64,000 nt of DNA, from NCBI GenBank assembly GCA_965226885.1, contig CBDDEL010000011.1, forward strand, positions 224,001-288,000, in the 5' to 3' direction. The stretch's first letter is position 1. Every line of letters begins with the position of its first letter. The position numbers were made by a program, and so were the translations under genes. The notes under the pieces are model-generated. The model saw only the letters and a list, made by a program, of their open reading frames with translations. It was not told the DNA's origin and did not search any database. Positions 20,505-29,514 of the stretch are shown in pieces. Origin of the DNA: Opitutales bacterium (GTDB taxonomy: Bacteria > Verrucomicrobiota > Verrucomicrobiia > Opitutales > UBA2987).

Positions 20505-22321
20505 GAGGCTGTCCCAAAAATATAAAGATTTTATAGTCAACTGGATGACGTTGATAAAAAGAGCCGGAAAGAGCAAGTTTTTGCTCGATCCGGCCAAAAA
20601 AGGGTTCTATAATTGAGTTAGCGAAAATCAATATAGCCCTTTCTATGAAAAATATAGCCATCCAATGCCTCCTGCGTCCAGCTTTAACTGTGGTCGACCG
20701 GTGCCTCGATTACGATAACTTCCGCGCCACCATTGATCGAATCGATCGGCTGCTGATCGACTCGGAGGTGGAATCGCAGGCCATTGAGCTGGCCTTGGAG
20801 GGGTGGCCGCCAATGGGTCTAAAGGCCCGGCGGCAGCGGGCCAGTTTTGCCATCAAGGCACTGCGCATGGATACGCTGGGCCGTCTGCTCGGAGGGATTT
20901 CGTTTCGGCATTTGTCGCGGGCTCTGGGCAGCAGCGATCTGTTGGCCGACTTTTGCCGTGTCCGGCAGATCGATGGCATCAGGGGCATCTCCAAAAGCAC
21001 CCTGGAGCGGGCCTCGAAGTTTTTCAGCGAAGAGCAGTTGAGGGCCTTGCACCGGACCTTGACTGAGGTGGTGGGCGATGCCCTTCTGGCCCGGCAGGTG
21101 GGATTGGACAAGCCGATTGACACCACCATTTGCCTGATCGACGGCACCTGTTTGGAGGCTAACATTCATTGGCCGACGGACTGGGTATTACTCAAGGATG
21201 TAGCCGGCACGTTGCTCAAAGCGATCCGGCTGATCCGCGAGAAGGCCGGTTTGCGCCATCGCATGCCGATCGAACCGGAGCCCTTGGCTCGGCAGATGAA
21301 TCGGCTGTGCATACAGATGACCCACAGCCGGCGGCGAAAGGACAGCGAGCGGCAGCGCAAGGGTATCTTGAGGCAGATGAAAAAGCTGCTCAAACGGATC
21401 GGGGAGCATGCCCGCAGTCACCGGGAATTATTGCAAGCCTGCTGGGAGCAAAGCGATTACAGCGAAAAACAGGTCCAACAGATCCTCGCCCGGATGGAGC
21501 GCATGAGCGAGCAAATCCCGGTGGTCATCAAACAGGCGCACGAGCGGATCATTGGCGGCCGCCAGGTGAAAAACGCAGAGAAAGTCTTGAGTGTTTACGA
21601 ACTCGATGGGCAGGTGATTGTGCGAGGTAAAGCGGGCCAAGAGGTCGAGTTCGGCAACACCCTGTTTTTGGGAGAAAGCGTTGAAGGGTACCTGCTGGAC
21701 TGGAAACTCTACGGCAGCCGAACTCCAAGCGAAAATGAACAAATGCAAGAGAGTTTGCAAAGACAGAACCGCTTCAACCTGGAAGAACCCATAGCGGCCA
21801 TGTGCGCGGACCGGGGATTTGCCTCCCAGCGGGCCCGCCGGCAGTTAGCCCAGGAGGGAATCTACGACGCGCTCTGTCCACGCGATCCGAAGCAGTTGAA
21901 AAAACGGATGGAGGAACCACTGTTCAGGCAATTGCAAAAGCGCCGGGCCAGCACCGAAGGGCGGATCGGGGTATTGAAGAATCGCTGGCAGGCCGGGCGG
22001 TTGCGCAGCAAAGGCTTTGCCAACCGCTCGATCAGCGTAGCCTGGTCGGTACTCTCGCACAACCTATGGAAAGTAGCCAAGATGCTGGCCCAGCAAGACG
22101 AACTAAAAACCAAAGCGGCGGCCTAGAGAGCGGAAAAGCAAGGACAATACTTTTTCACAGCCGTACTGTCGGCTCATACAAAGAAAACCAGGCAACCGGA
22201 CCCCAAAACCAGTATCCTAACGTCATAGGAGAGCAAAGTTGATACTCTCCCAAATGCAAATACCTCTAAAATGAGCGCCTATCAAAAGCCCTCGCAAAAA
22301 TCACCCTTTTGGGACAGCCTC
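20505..22321 (+). mobile_element. IS5/IS1182-like element (1817 bp); transposase 20645-22126
   Basis: IRs GAGGCTGTCCCAAAA; DDE motifs IDGT..EANIHWPTD, ADRGF, RASTEGRIGVLK; family assignment tentative. Confidence 0.88.
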
Positions 22322-22405
22322 TAATTAGTGATTGCCAAACATGATGTTGAGTCTCAAAATGAGCCCGTGTTAAAATAAAAGTTAATCCGAAGGGAGGTGG
22401 AGATC

Positions 22406-22585
22406 ATGAGTAAAATTATTCAACTATTAATCGGTCTAGCGATATTGGCGTTTGTTTTAGGAGTCATAGCTGTGATTTTTCCGGCATTTCAAATATTGCA
22501 CATCATGCCGGAGAGCTATTCTCGCGGTAGTAATAATCTGGCCCTGTTGGCCATAGCTTTGTCGCTTTGCTGTAAAAAGGGTTGA
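22406..22585 (+). CDS. Small two-TM membrane protein
   Basis: GGAGG upstream and two hydrophobic segments. Confidence 0.6.
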   Translation: MSKIIQLLIGLAILAFVLGVIAVIFPAFQILHIMPESYSRGSNNLALLAIALSLCCKKG

Positions 22586-22771
22586 CTCGTTACCCTTGTA
22601 AGGCGTTGGGGTATGCAGTGGGGTAAGATTCTATTTGGCGGCGTCCAAGGTTTCCCGATTAAAATTGGTGTTATTGCAATCTGTCCAGGACTTGATCTGG
22701 AGCGGACGAATATTTTTTTAATTCGGGTGTGATTTTGGGTCCGTTCCTATACCTATGATATTCGTAACGCT

Positions 22772-23956
22772 ATGAAGGTTCTTGTCGCCTTTGATAAATT
22801 CAAGCATTGCCTGACCGCGGAGGAGGCTTGCCGGATCGCGGAGGAGGCCATTGGCAAAGTGCGGAGCGACTGTCTTATCGACCTTGCGCCACTGACCGAT
22901 GGCGGCGATGGGTTTTGCCATATCCTGAGCGCCTCCCGAGGTGGAACAGAGTTTCCCGTTACCGTCTCCGATCCACTCTTTCGGCCGATTGAGGCGTTAA
23001 TCGGATTGGTTGACCTGGATGCCCTGGGGCTCGCCTTGAGGGATGATTTGGGCCTTCCCGGGGAAGGGAAAATTGCCCTCGTGGAAATGGCCGCGGCCAG
23101 CGGGCTGGACCGGCTCGAAGAAAAAGAGCGCGATCTCTGGCAGACCTCCTCCCTGGGCACGGGAGAACTCCTCGTCCATGCCGCCGGAGAAGGCGTCGCA
23201 GCCATCATCCTGGGAGTGGGCGGAAGCGCGACCAACGATCTCGGGCTGGGCGCTCTGGAAGCGCTGGGACTGCAATTCAATGGGCGAAAGAGGGGCCCCA
23301 TTAACCGGATTACCCCGGCGAAATTCAGCGCGGTAAATTCTTATAGCGGTAAAATTGATCTTGATCTGCCGCCTATTCTTATTGCCTGCGATGTTGCCAA
23401 TCCCTTATTGGGATCCAATGGAGCCTCGGCCGTTTTCGGTCCCCAAAAGGGATTGCGCACCGCCGACTTGCCCCGGTTGGATCGGGAAATGGGGGTCATG
23501 GCCAGGCGGCTTTGCCAGTATTTCAAAACGCCGGAAGGATTGATCGGGGAAGCGGGCAGCGGCGCCGCAGGGGGCATTTCCTTCGGGTTTAAAGCTGCTT
23601 TGGGGGCTCGTATTTGCCCGGGATTTGAACTTGTTTCCGGTTGGCTCCGATTACCGCAAAAAGTGGCCCGGGCGGATATCATTTTGACCGGGGAAGGCCG
23701 ATTCGACGCAAGTTCACTACAGGGCAAGGGGCCCGGCGCATTACCGGCTATGGCTGCGGATGCGGGGGGCAGAAAAAAGATTAAAATATTTGCCGGATCG
23801 ATTGGAGATGGGCTCGAACCATTGTTGCCGGAGGGGATGAACATGCGCGATCTGACCGCCATATCCGACCCGCAGAAACCTCTTGAGGAGTCCCTTTCGC
23901 AATGCGGCTCTAATCTTTCTAAAGCCGTGCAGGCATATTTTTCTTGCTTGGGATAG
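22772..23956 (+). CDS. glxK: Glycerate kinase
   Basis: AFDKFK, PLTDGGDG, GVGGSATND, GAAGG, TGEGRFD. Confidence 0.93.
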   Translation: MKVLVAFDKFKHCLTAEEACRIAEEAIGKVRSDCLIDLAPLTDGGDGFCHILSASRGGTEFPVTVSDPLFRPIEALIGLVDLDALGLALRDDLGLPGEGKIALVEMAAASGLDRLEEKERDLWQTSSLGTGELLVHAAGEGVAAIILGVGGSATNDLGLGALEALGLQFNGRKRGPINRITPAKFSAVNSYSGKIDLDLPPILIACDVANPLLGSNGASAVFGPQKGLRTADLPRLDREMGVMARRLCQYFKTPEGLIGEAGSGAAGGISFGFKAALGARICPGFELVSGWLRLPQKVARADIILTGEGRFDASSLQGKGPGALPAMAADAGGRKKIKIFAGSIGDGLEPLLPEGMNMRDLTAISDPQKPLEESLSQCGSNLSKAVQAYFSCLG

Positions 23957-24061
23957 GATCAAATGTCGATAAAATGGAAAACCCATTTTTGTTTTCGGTG
24001 TCCACCCTTTTTAACCAGACTAAACAACGCTCAATGAACTTGATCCGGAGCCACTTTTTCC

Positions 24062-24694
24062 ATGACGGCTGACGAAGCCAGACTTAAAGCAAAACATTTC
24101 TCCCGCATACGGCGCTTAAAGCGATTGCTGAGGTTTCTTCCCCGCAAAAGCAATTTGCATACCTACCCGATTATCCGGATTTTCGCGGCCACTGCCCGTA
24201 AGACGCCGTTTTTGTGGTCGTTCAAGGTTCCGGAAGTAGTGCGGGCGCTCTATGCCGGATGTATTTTGACTTTTCTGCCTTTATTGGGTGTGCAAATACC
24301 ACTGGCTTTCGGCGCCGCTTTTCTCTTCCGGGCCAATCTGCCGGTCATTCTGGGACTGCAATTCCTTTCAACTCCTTTAACCGTTCCTTTCATTTATACG
24401 GCGGCTTATTTTATCGGAGATTATTTGCTCAGCGTATTCGGAAGCGATGCGGCCTTGGCGGAAGTGGGAACCATTGCCACGGAGGCCGGGTTTTTGCAAA
24501 AAAGCGTTTATTGGTATGCGGCCATATCTTTGGGGGGTCTTGTAATCGGCTATTTTACCGGTTTTGCCGCCAGCCTGATCTATCGCGTGGCGGCCATCCG
24601 CGCTTCCCACGCCATGGTCCGAATGCGCAAACTGCAAAGAAACAAGATGAAGGCTTCCGGCGGTTCCCCTTCTCCTATTCGTAAATCATCGTAA
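24062..24694 (+). CDS. DUF2062-family membrane protein
   Basis: LWSF, FLPLLGVQI, RANLP, PLT pattern. Confidence 0.8.
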   Translation: MTADEARLKAKHFSRIRRLKRLLRFLPRKSNLHTYPIIRIFAATARKTPFLWSFKVPEVVRALYAGCILTFLPLLGVQIPLAFGAAFLFRANLPVILGLQFLSTPLTVPFIYTAAYFIGDYLLSVFGSDAALAEVGTIATEAGFLQKSVYWYAAISLGGLVIGYFTGFAASLIYRVAAIRASHAMVRMRKLQRNKMKASGGSPSPIRKSS

Positions 24695-24701
24695 TCTATC
24701 G

Positions 24702-26015
24702 ATGGAGTCGTTATTGGTGAATAGCCGCAGGCCAATAAGCAAACCGGCTCCCCTTCTCATTTTCACCTTCATCGTTTTTGCCGGATTCATCTATTGTCTG
24801 CCCGCAGTTGCTGATGGGAAAGTGGCTGCCCAAAAAATTTTCCTCGGCATCGATGTGCTAAAACAGGATAATTTCCGGTCCTTGCGAGGCAAACGGGTTG
24901 GATTGCTGACTCATCCGGCCGGCGTGGACCGCAATAGTGTGAGCACTATCGAGGTTTTGCGCCGCAGCTCGAAAGTCCGTCTGGCAGCTCTCTTTGGTCC
25001 GGAACATGGCCTTTACGGAAACGAAAAAGCCAACCAGCCGATCGAGAATCGCGTGGATCGGCGAACCGGACTCCCAATTTATTCGCTCTATGGAAAATTT
25101 CGCAAGCCGACCGACAAGATGCTTAGGGGTCTCGATGTCATGGTTATCGACCTTCAGGATCTGGGGGTTCGATCATACACGTATATCAGCGCCATGCGGC
25201 TGACCATGGAGGCTTGTTTCGAGAACAAGGTGGAGGTTGTCATCCTCGACCGGCCCAACCCCTTGGGGGGGCGCAAAGTCGATGGGCCCTTGATGGAGGC
25301 CGGCTGGAAAAGCTATGTCGGGGCTTATCGTATTCCCTATGTTTATGGCCTTACGATTGGAGAACTGGCTCTCATGGCCAAAGCAACGCCGGGCTGGCTC
25401 GACGTCAGCAAGAGCGCTCTCCAGAGAGGAAAATTAACCGTTATTGCCATGAAAGGCTGGAACCGCGATATGTTATGGACGGACACCGGGCTGCGATGGG
25501 TTCCCACTTCGCCCGCCATACCCGATCTCTCCGCCGCCCTTGGCTATGCGATGACCGGTCTGGGCGCGCAAATCGGGGGATTCCGGCATGGCTACGGCAC
25601 TCAATTTCCCTTTCGGCTGTTGAGCTTTCCGGGGAAAGAGCCGCAAGAAATTGCCAATGCTCTGAAGGCAAGGCAAATTCCCGGGCTCGATTACAAAATT
25701 GTCGATCGGCGGACGCCTCGCGGATGGCAGGGGAAAGGAGTTTACGTTGTGGTGAACGACTTCTCCCGGCTTCGCCCTACGGAAATCAGTTTCAATATGA
25801 TGCAACTGGCCTGCCTCTGGAGCGCGGAAAATCCTTTTGCCGCGGTAACCCAAACGAAGGCCCGGCTTTTCAACAAACATGTCGGTTCGACCGAATGGTG
25901 GGATGCCCTCGAACGCCAGGGGGCGCGTGTGGAAGTGGCCAAATTTCTCCGCAAATGGCAAACCCAGGCGATGGTATTCCAGGCCATGAGCCGAAAATAC
26001 TGGCTATATCGTTAG
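24702..26015 (+). CDS. DUF1343/NamZ exo-beta-N-acetylmuramidase family
   Basis: LFGPEHG, DLQDLGVRSYTY, LDRPNP, WVPTSP. Confidence 0.92.
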   Translation: MESLLVNSRRPISKPAPLLIFTFIVFAGFIYCLPAVADGKVAAQKIFLGIDVLKQDNFRSLRGKRVGLLTHPAGVDRNSVSTIEVLRRSSKVRLAALFGPEHGLYGNEKANQPIENRVDRRTGLPIYSLYGKFRKPTDKMLRGLDVMVIDLQDLGVRSYTYISAMRLTMEACFENKVEVVILDRPNPLGGRKVDGPLMEAGWKSYVGAYRIPYVYGLTIGELALMAKATPGWLDVSKSALQRGKLTVIAMKGWNRDMLWTDTGLRWVPTSPAIPDLSAALGYAMTGLGAQIGGFRHGYGTQFPFRLLSFPGKEPQEIANALKARQIPGLDYKIVDRRTPRGWQGKGVYVVVNDFSRLRPTEISFNMMQLACLWSAENPFAAVTQTKARLFNKHVGSTEWWDALERQGARVEVAKFLRKWQTQAMVFQAMSRKYWLYR

Positions 26016-26824
26016 TCGGGGTCTTTGGGCCAACACTGCCAGGCAGGACTCCAGCAGGTGGTGCGGCCTCCGATGGTTTCCCTGACCAGTGGTTTTTTCG
26101 ATTTCGGGCAGATACCGTTATTTGTCCAGCGATGGAGAAAGAGCCAGTTGTCGGGCGGCTTTCCCCAATCCGGCGCGATTATCCTCATGGCGTCCTCGCA
26201 GACCCCTTTGATGCTTTGAAAAAGATGCGTTAGCTTGATTCCCTTGATTCTCCCGGCGGGGCAGGCGGGCCGGATACGCGCCCTCCAGAGAATCTCGTCC
26301 GCCAACCAATTGCCGATGCCTGGAAAACGTTCCTGCATGAGAAGGACTGCCTTGATGGGTGATTTTTTGCGGCGTTTGAGAAATTCGCTCAATAAATCCC
26401 GTGTAAAATCGTCCGATAAAATAGCCGGTTGCAGGTGGCTCCACCAGGCCGGAGAATCAGTTCCGCGATGAAATCGGATGGCCCCGAATTGCCGTGGGTC
26501 TTTATAAATCAGGCGTCGCTTTTTTTGAACGAGGATCAGGTGTTCGTGTTTGACTTTTGCATCGCCGGGACTGCCCACGAATAGTTCCCCGGTCATTCCC
26601 AGATGAACTCCCATCCAGATGTTTCCCGAAAATTGAAACACCATCCGTTTTCCGTGAGCCTTCGATTGCAATAATTTGGAGTTTGGCAAATAGCGTTCGA
26701 GGGCATCCGTGTCGCAATCGCGAAAATTCCGCGATCCTGGATTAATTTGCAAGCTGAGGACCTTTTCCCCTATACCGACATTCCACTGTCGGCGGTAATA
26801 CTCGACTTCGGCCAACTCTGGCAT
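26012..26824 (-). CDS. mutM: Fpg/Nei-family DNA glycosylase with degenerate zinc finger
   Basis: MPELAEVE, HLGMTG, DPRQFG, GIGNWLADE, GGRTT. Confidence 0.88.
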   Translation of the reverse strand: MPELAEVEYYRRQWNVGIGEKVLSLQINPGSRNFRDCDTDALERYLPNSKLLQSKAHGKRMVFQFSGNIWMGVHLGMTGELFVGSPGDAKVKHEHLILVQKKRRLIYKDPRQFGAIRFHRGTDSPAWWSHLQPAILSDDFTRDLLSEFLKRRKKSPIKAVLLMQERFPGIGNWLADEILWRARIRPACPAGRIKGIKLTHLFQSIKGVCEDAMRIIAPDWGKPPDNWLFLHRWTNNGICPKSKKPLVRETIGGRTTCWSPAWQCWPKDPD

Positions 26825-26874
26825 CTAGAACCTATCTCAAATTGAAAGCACTGATTGCAATTTTTTTAAATTTG

Positions 26875-26908
26875 CTTTCCAGCCTTGTGGCCTTTCCAGC
26901 CTTGTGGC
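26875..26908. repeat. 17-bp perfect tandem duplication
   Basis: CTTTCCAGCCTTGTGGC x2 in the divergent intergenic region. Confidence 0.95.
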
Positions 26909-26966
26909 GATAGATAAATTTTATCCTTGAAGAGGCAACGAGTCAACAATCACAACTTAATTAAAA

Positions 26967-27968
26967 ATGGCTAGACCGATCACTTTGTTCACCGGGCAGT
27001 GGGCCGATTTGACGCTTTCGGAAGTTGCCAAAATAACCGGCGAAATCGGTTACGACGGGCTCGAACTGGCTTGCTGGGGCGACCACCTGGAGGTTGACCG
27101 GGCGGCCGTCGATAAAGACTATTGCGAGGGCAGGCACGAGTTGCTGGCCCGATACGATTTGCGCTGCCACGCCATTTCCCACCACTTGGGCGGGCAGTTG
27201 GTCTGCGATCCCAATGACGATGAACGCAGCGACGCCTTTGCTCCACCCAAGTGTGCAGGCGATGCCGACAAGAAACGGGCCTGGGCTGTCGAAACGATGA
27301 AAAACACGGCGCGTGCCGCCCGCAATATGGGAGTTGGCGTGGTCAATGGTTTCATCGGTTCGTCCATTTGGCATTTGCTCTATTCCTTTCCCCCCGTGTC
27401 GGAAGAGAGAATCGAGCAGGGATTCCAGTATTTTGCCGAGATGTGGAATCCCATTTTTGACGTTTTCGACGAATGCGGGGTGCGGTTCGCCCTGGAGGTG
27501 CATCCAACGGAACTGGCTTTCGATATTCACACGGCGGCGCGCGCCCTGGAAGCGGTCGGCCACCGGGAGGCCTTCGGGTTTAATTTCGATCCCAGCCATT
27601 TGCTCTGGCAATTCATCGATCCGGTGGAGTTTATCAATGCCTTTCCCGACCGTATTTATCATGTCCATATGAAAGACGCCATTCGCACGCTGGGCGGCAA
27701 AAGCGGCATTCTCTCCTCCCGCCTGCCGTTCGGGGATCATCGCCGCGGCTGGGATTTCCGATCTTTGGGGCGGGGCGAGGTTGACTTCGAGGCCATTATC
27801 CGGGCGCTGAACCGGATCGGTTATGAAGGCCCTCTCTCGGTGGAATGGGAGGACAGCGGAATGGACCGGATCCACGGCGCCGAGGAATCCTACGAGTTTC
27901 TGCGGGGGCTCGATTTCAAACAGAGCGGGAGGGCTTTCGACGCCTCTTTCGACCGGGAAAATAGATGA
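26967..27968 (+). CDS. Sugar phosphate isomerase/epimerase (xylose-isomerase-like TIM barrel)
   Basis: GYDGLELACWGDH, ALEVHP, FDPSH, HVHMKD, SVEWED. Confidence 0.92.
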   Translation: MARPITLFTGQWADLTLSEVAKITGEIGYDGLELACWGDHLEVDRAAVDKDYCEGRHELLARYDLRCHAISHHLGGQLVCDPNDDERSDAFAPPKCAGDADKKRAWAVETMKNTARAARNMGVGVVNGFIGSSIWHLLYSFPPVSEERIEQGFQYFAEMWNPIFDVFDECGVRFALEVHPTELAFDIHTAARALEAVGHREAFGFNFDPSHLLWQFIDPVEFINAFPDRIYHVHMKDAIRTLGGKSGILSSRLPFGDHRRGWDFRSLGRGEVDFEAIIRALNRIGYEGPLSVEWEDSGMDRIHGAEESYEFLRGLDFKQSGRAFDASFDRENR

Positions 27969-29119
27969 GAAGAAAACTGCGCATGGGCATGGTGGGGGGA
28001 GGCCGGGAAGCCTTTATCGGCGCGGTTCACAGGCACGCCGCCGCCCTTGATGGAGATATTGAGCTGGTCGCGGGCGCGTTTTCCGCCGATCCGGAAAAAT
28101 CACGTCTTTCGGGCCGCGACCTACTTCTCGATGCCGCGCGCGTCTATGGAAGTTATGAGGAAATGGCGCAAAAGGAAGCCGCACTGCCCAACGATAAACG
28201 CATAGATTTCGTCAGCATCGTGACGCCCAACCACATGCACTTTCCGGTGGCCAGGGAATTTTTAATGGCAGGCTTCAATGTCATTTGCGACAAACCGATG
28301 ACGCTCAGCCTGGCGGAGGCCCGGAAACTGCGCACCCTGGTCAAACGTTCGGGTAAAGTTTTTGCCCTGACCCATAATTACACCGGTTATCCCATGGTTA
28401 AAGAGGGGAGGGAACTGGTTAAAAATGGCCGGTTGGGAGAAATTCGCAAGATAGTGGTGGAATATTCCCAGGATTGGCTTTCCACCCATCTTGAATCGAC
28501 GGGTCAAAAACAATCCGCCTGGCGCACCGATCCCGAACGGGCGGGGGTGGCCGGTTGCATTGGCGACATCGGCAGCCATGCCGAAAATCTGGCCCGCTAC
28601 ATGACCGGTTTGCGCATCGACTCCCTGTGTTCCGATCTGACGACATTCGTGTCGGGGCGCAAGCTAGATGATGACGGCAATATCCTCATTCGCTATAAAG
28701 GAGGCGCGAGGGGGGTTCTCATCGCATCGCAAATTTCATCGGGAGAGGAAAACAACCTCGTTATTCGCATTTACGGATCGAAAGCTAGCCTAGAGTGGAA
28801 CCAGCAAAATCCCGAGACTCTGTTTATCAAATACCCTGACGCAGCGGCCAAAATATTGCGGCGGGGCCATGGTTATTTGGGAAAAACCGCTACCGGCAGC
28901 TCACGATTGCCGCCCGGCCACCCGGAAGGTTTTATCGAGGGATTTGCCAATATTTACAAGGAGGCGGCCAAAGCGATTCGGGAAGTGGCCGTGGGCAAGA
29001 AAGTCAAAGCCCATGACTATCCCAATGTGGAGGACGGCGTTTACGGCATGGCCTTCATCGAAACCACCGTAAAGTCGACCACTTCAAAGCAGAAGTGGAT
29101 TAAATTTCCCCGAGTTTAG
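27965..29119 (+). CDS. Gfo/Idh/MocA oxidoreductase
   Basis: GMVGGG, TPNHMH, CDKP, GDIGSH; overlaps upstream gene (ATGA). Confidence 0.93.
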   Translation: MRRKLRMGMVGGGREAFIGAVHRHAAALDGDIELVAGAFSADPEKSRLSGRDLLLDAARVYGSYEEMAQKEAALPNDKRIDFVSIVTPNHMHFPVAREFLMAGFNVICDKPMTLSLAEARKLRTLVKRSGKVFALTHNYTGYPMVKEGRELVKNGRLGEIRKIVVEYSQDWLSTHLESTGQKQSAWRTDPERAGVAGCIGDIGSHAENLARYMTGLRIDSLCSDLTTFVSGRKLDDDGNILIRYKGGARGVLIASQISSGEENNLVIRIYGSKASLEWNQQNPETLFIKYPDAAAKILRRGHGYLGKTATGSSRLPPGHPEGFIEGFANIYKEAAKAIREVAVGKKVKAHDYPNVEDGVYGMAFIETTVKSTTSKQKWIKFPRV

Positions 29120-29148
29120 GCCTTAATATGGTTTAACCACTGCTATCT

Positions 29149-29376
29149 TCAGACGAGTTGCAGTTCCGGTTCAACCGCATTTGACAATAGCTGGTTCATT
29201 TGCGAGGCGGCGCCGTTTCGAACCATTTTGCCAACTCGAATTGCCTGGTTGATTTCGTCGTCTCCCACCCCAATTCGCCGGGCCTGGTTCAGGTGGTGTT
29301 TCAGGCATGGCTGGCAGTTGGCGGCGATGGCAGCGCCCAAGGCAATCAGCTCGATTGTATTTTCGTCCAGTTCCAT
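29149..29376 (-). CDS. Carboxymuconolactone decarboxylase/AhpD-like small protein
   Basis: ELIALGAAIAANCQPCL.HH motif. Confidence 0.8.
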   Translation of the reverse strand: MELDENTIELIALGAAIAANCQPCLKHHLNQARRIGVGDDEINQAIRVGKMVRNGAASQMNQLLSNAVEPELQLV

Positions 29377-29514
29377 AACATTCCTTTTCTTTGTCTTTTG
29401 CATAGAAAGTCGGTCGGATAGGTGTGCCATTAAATTAAATCCACATTTTTCTTGTTTTCAAACGGGCCGTGGATTTTTTGGAAGATGTGCCCACGGACCG
29501 TGGGCAGGAAGCCA

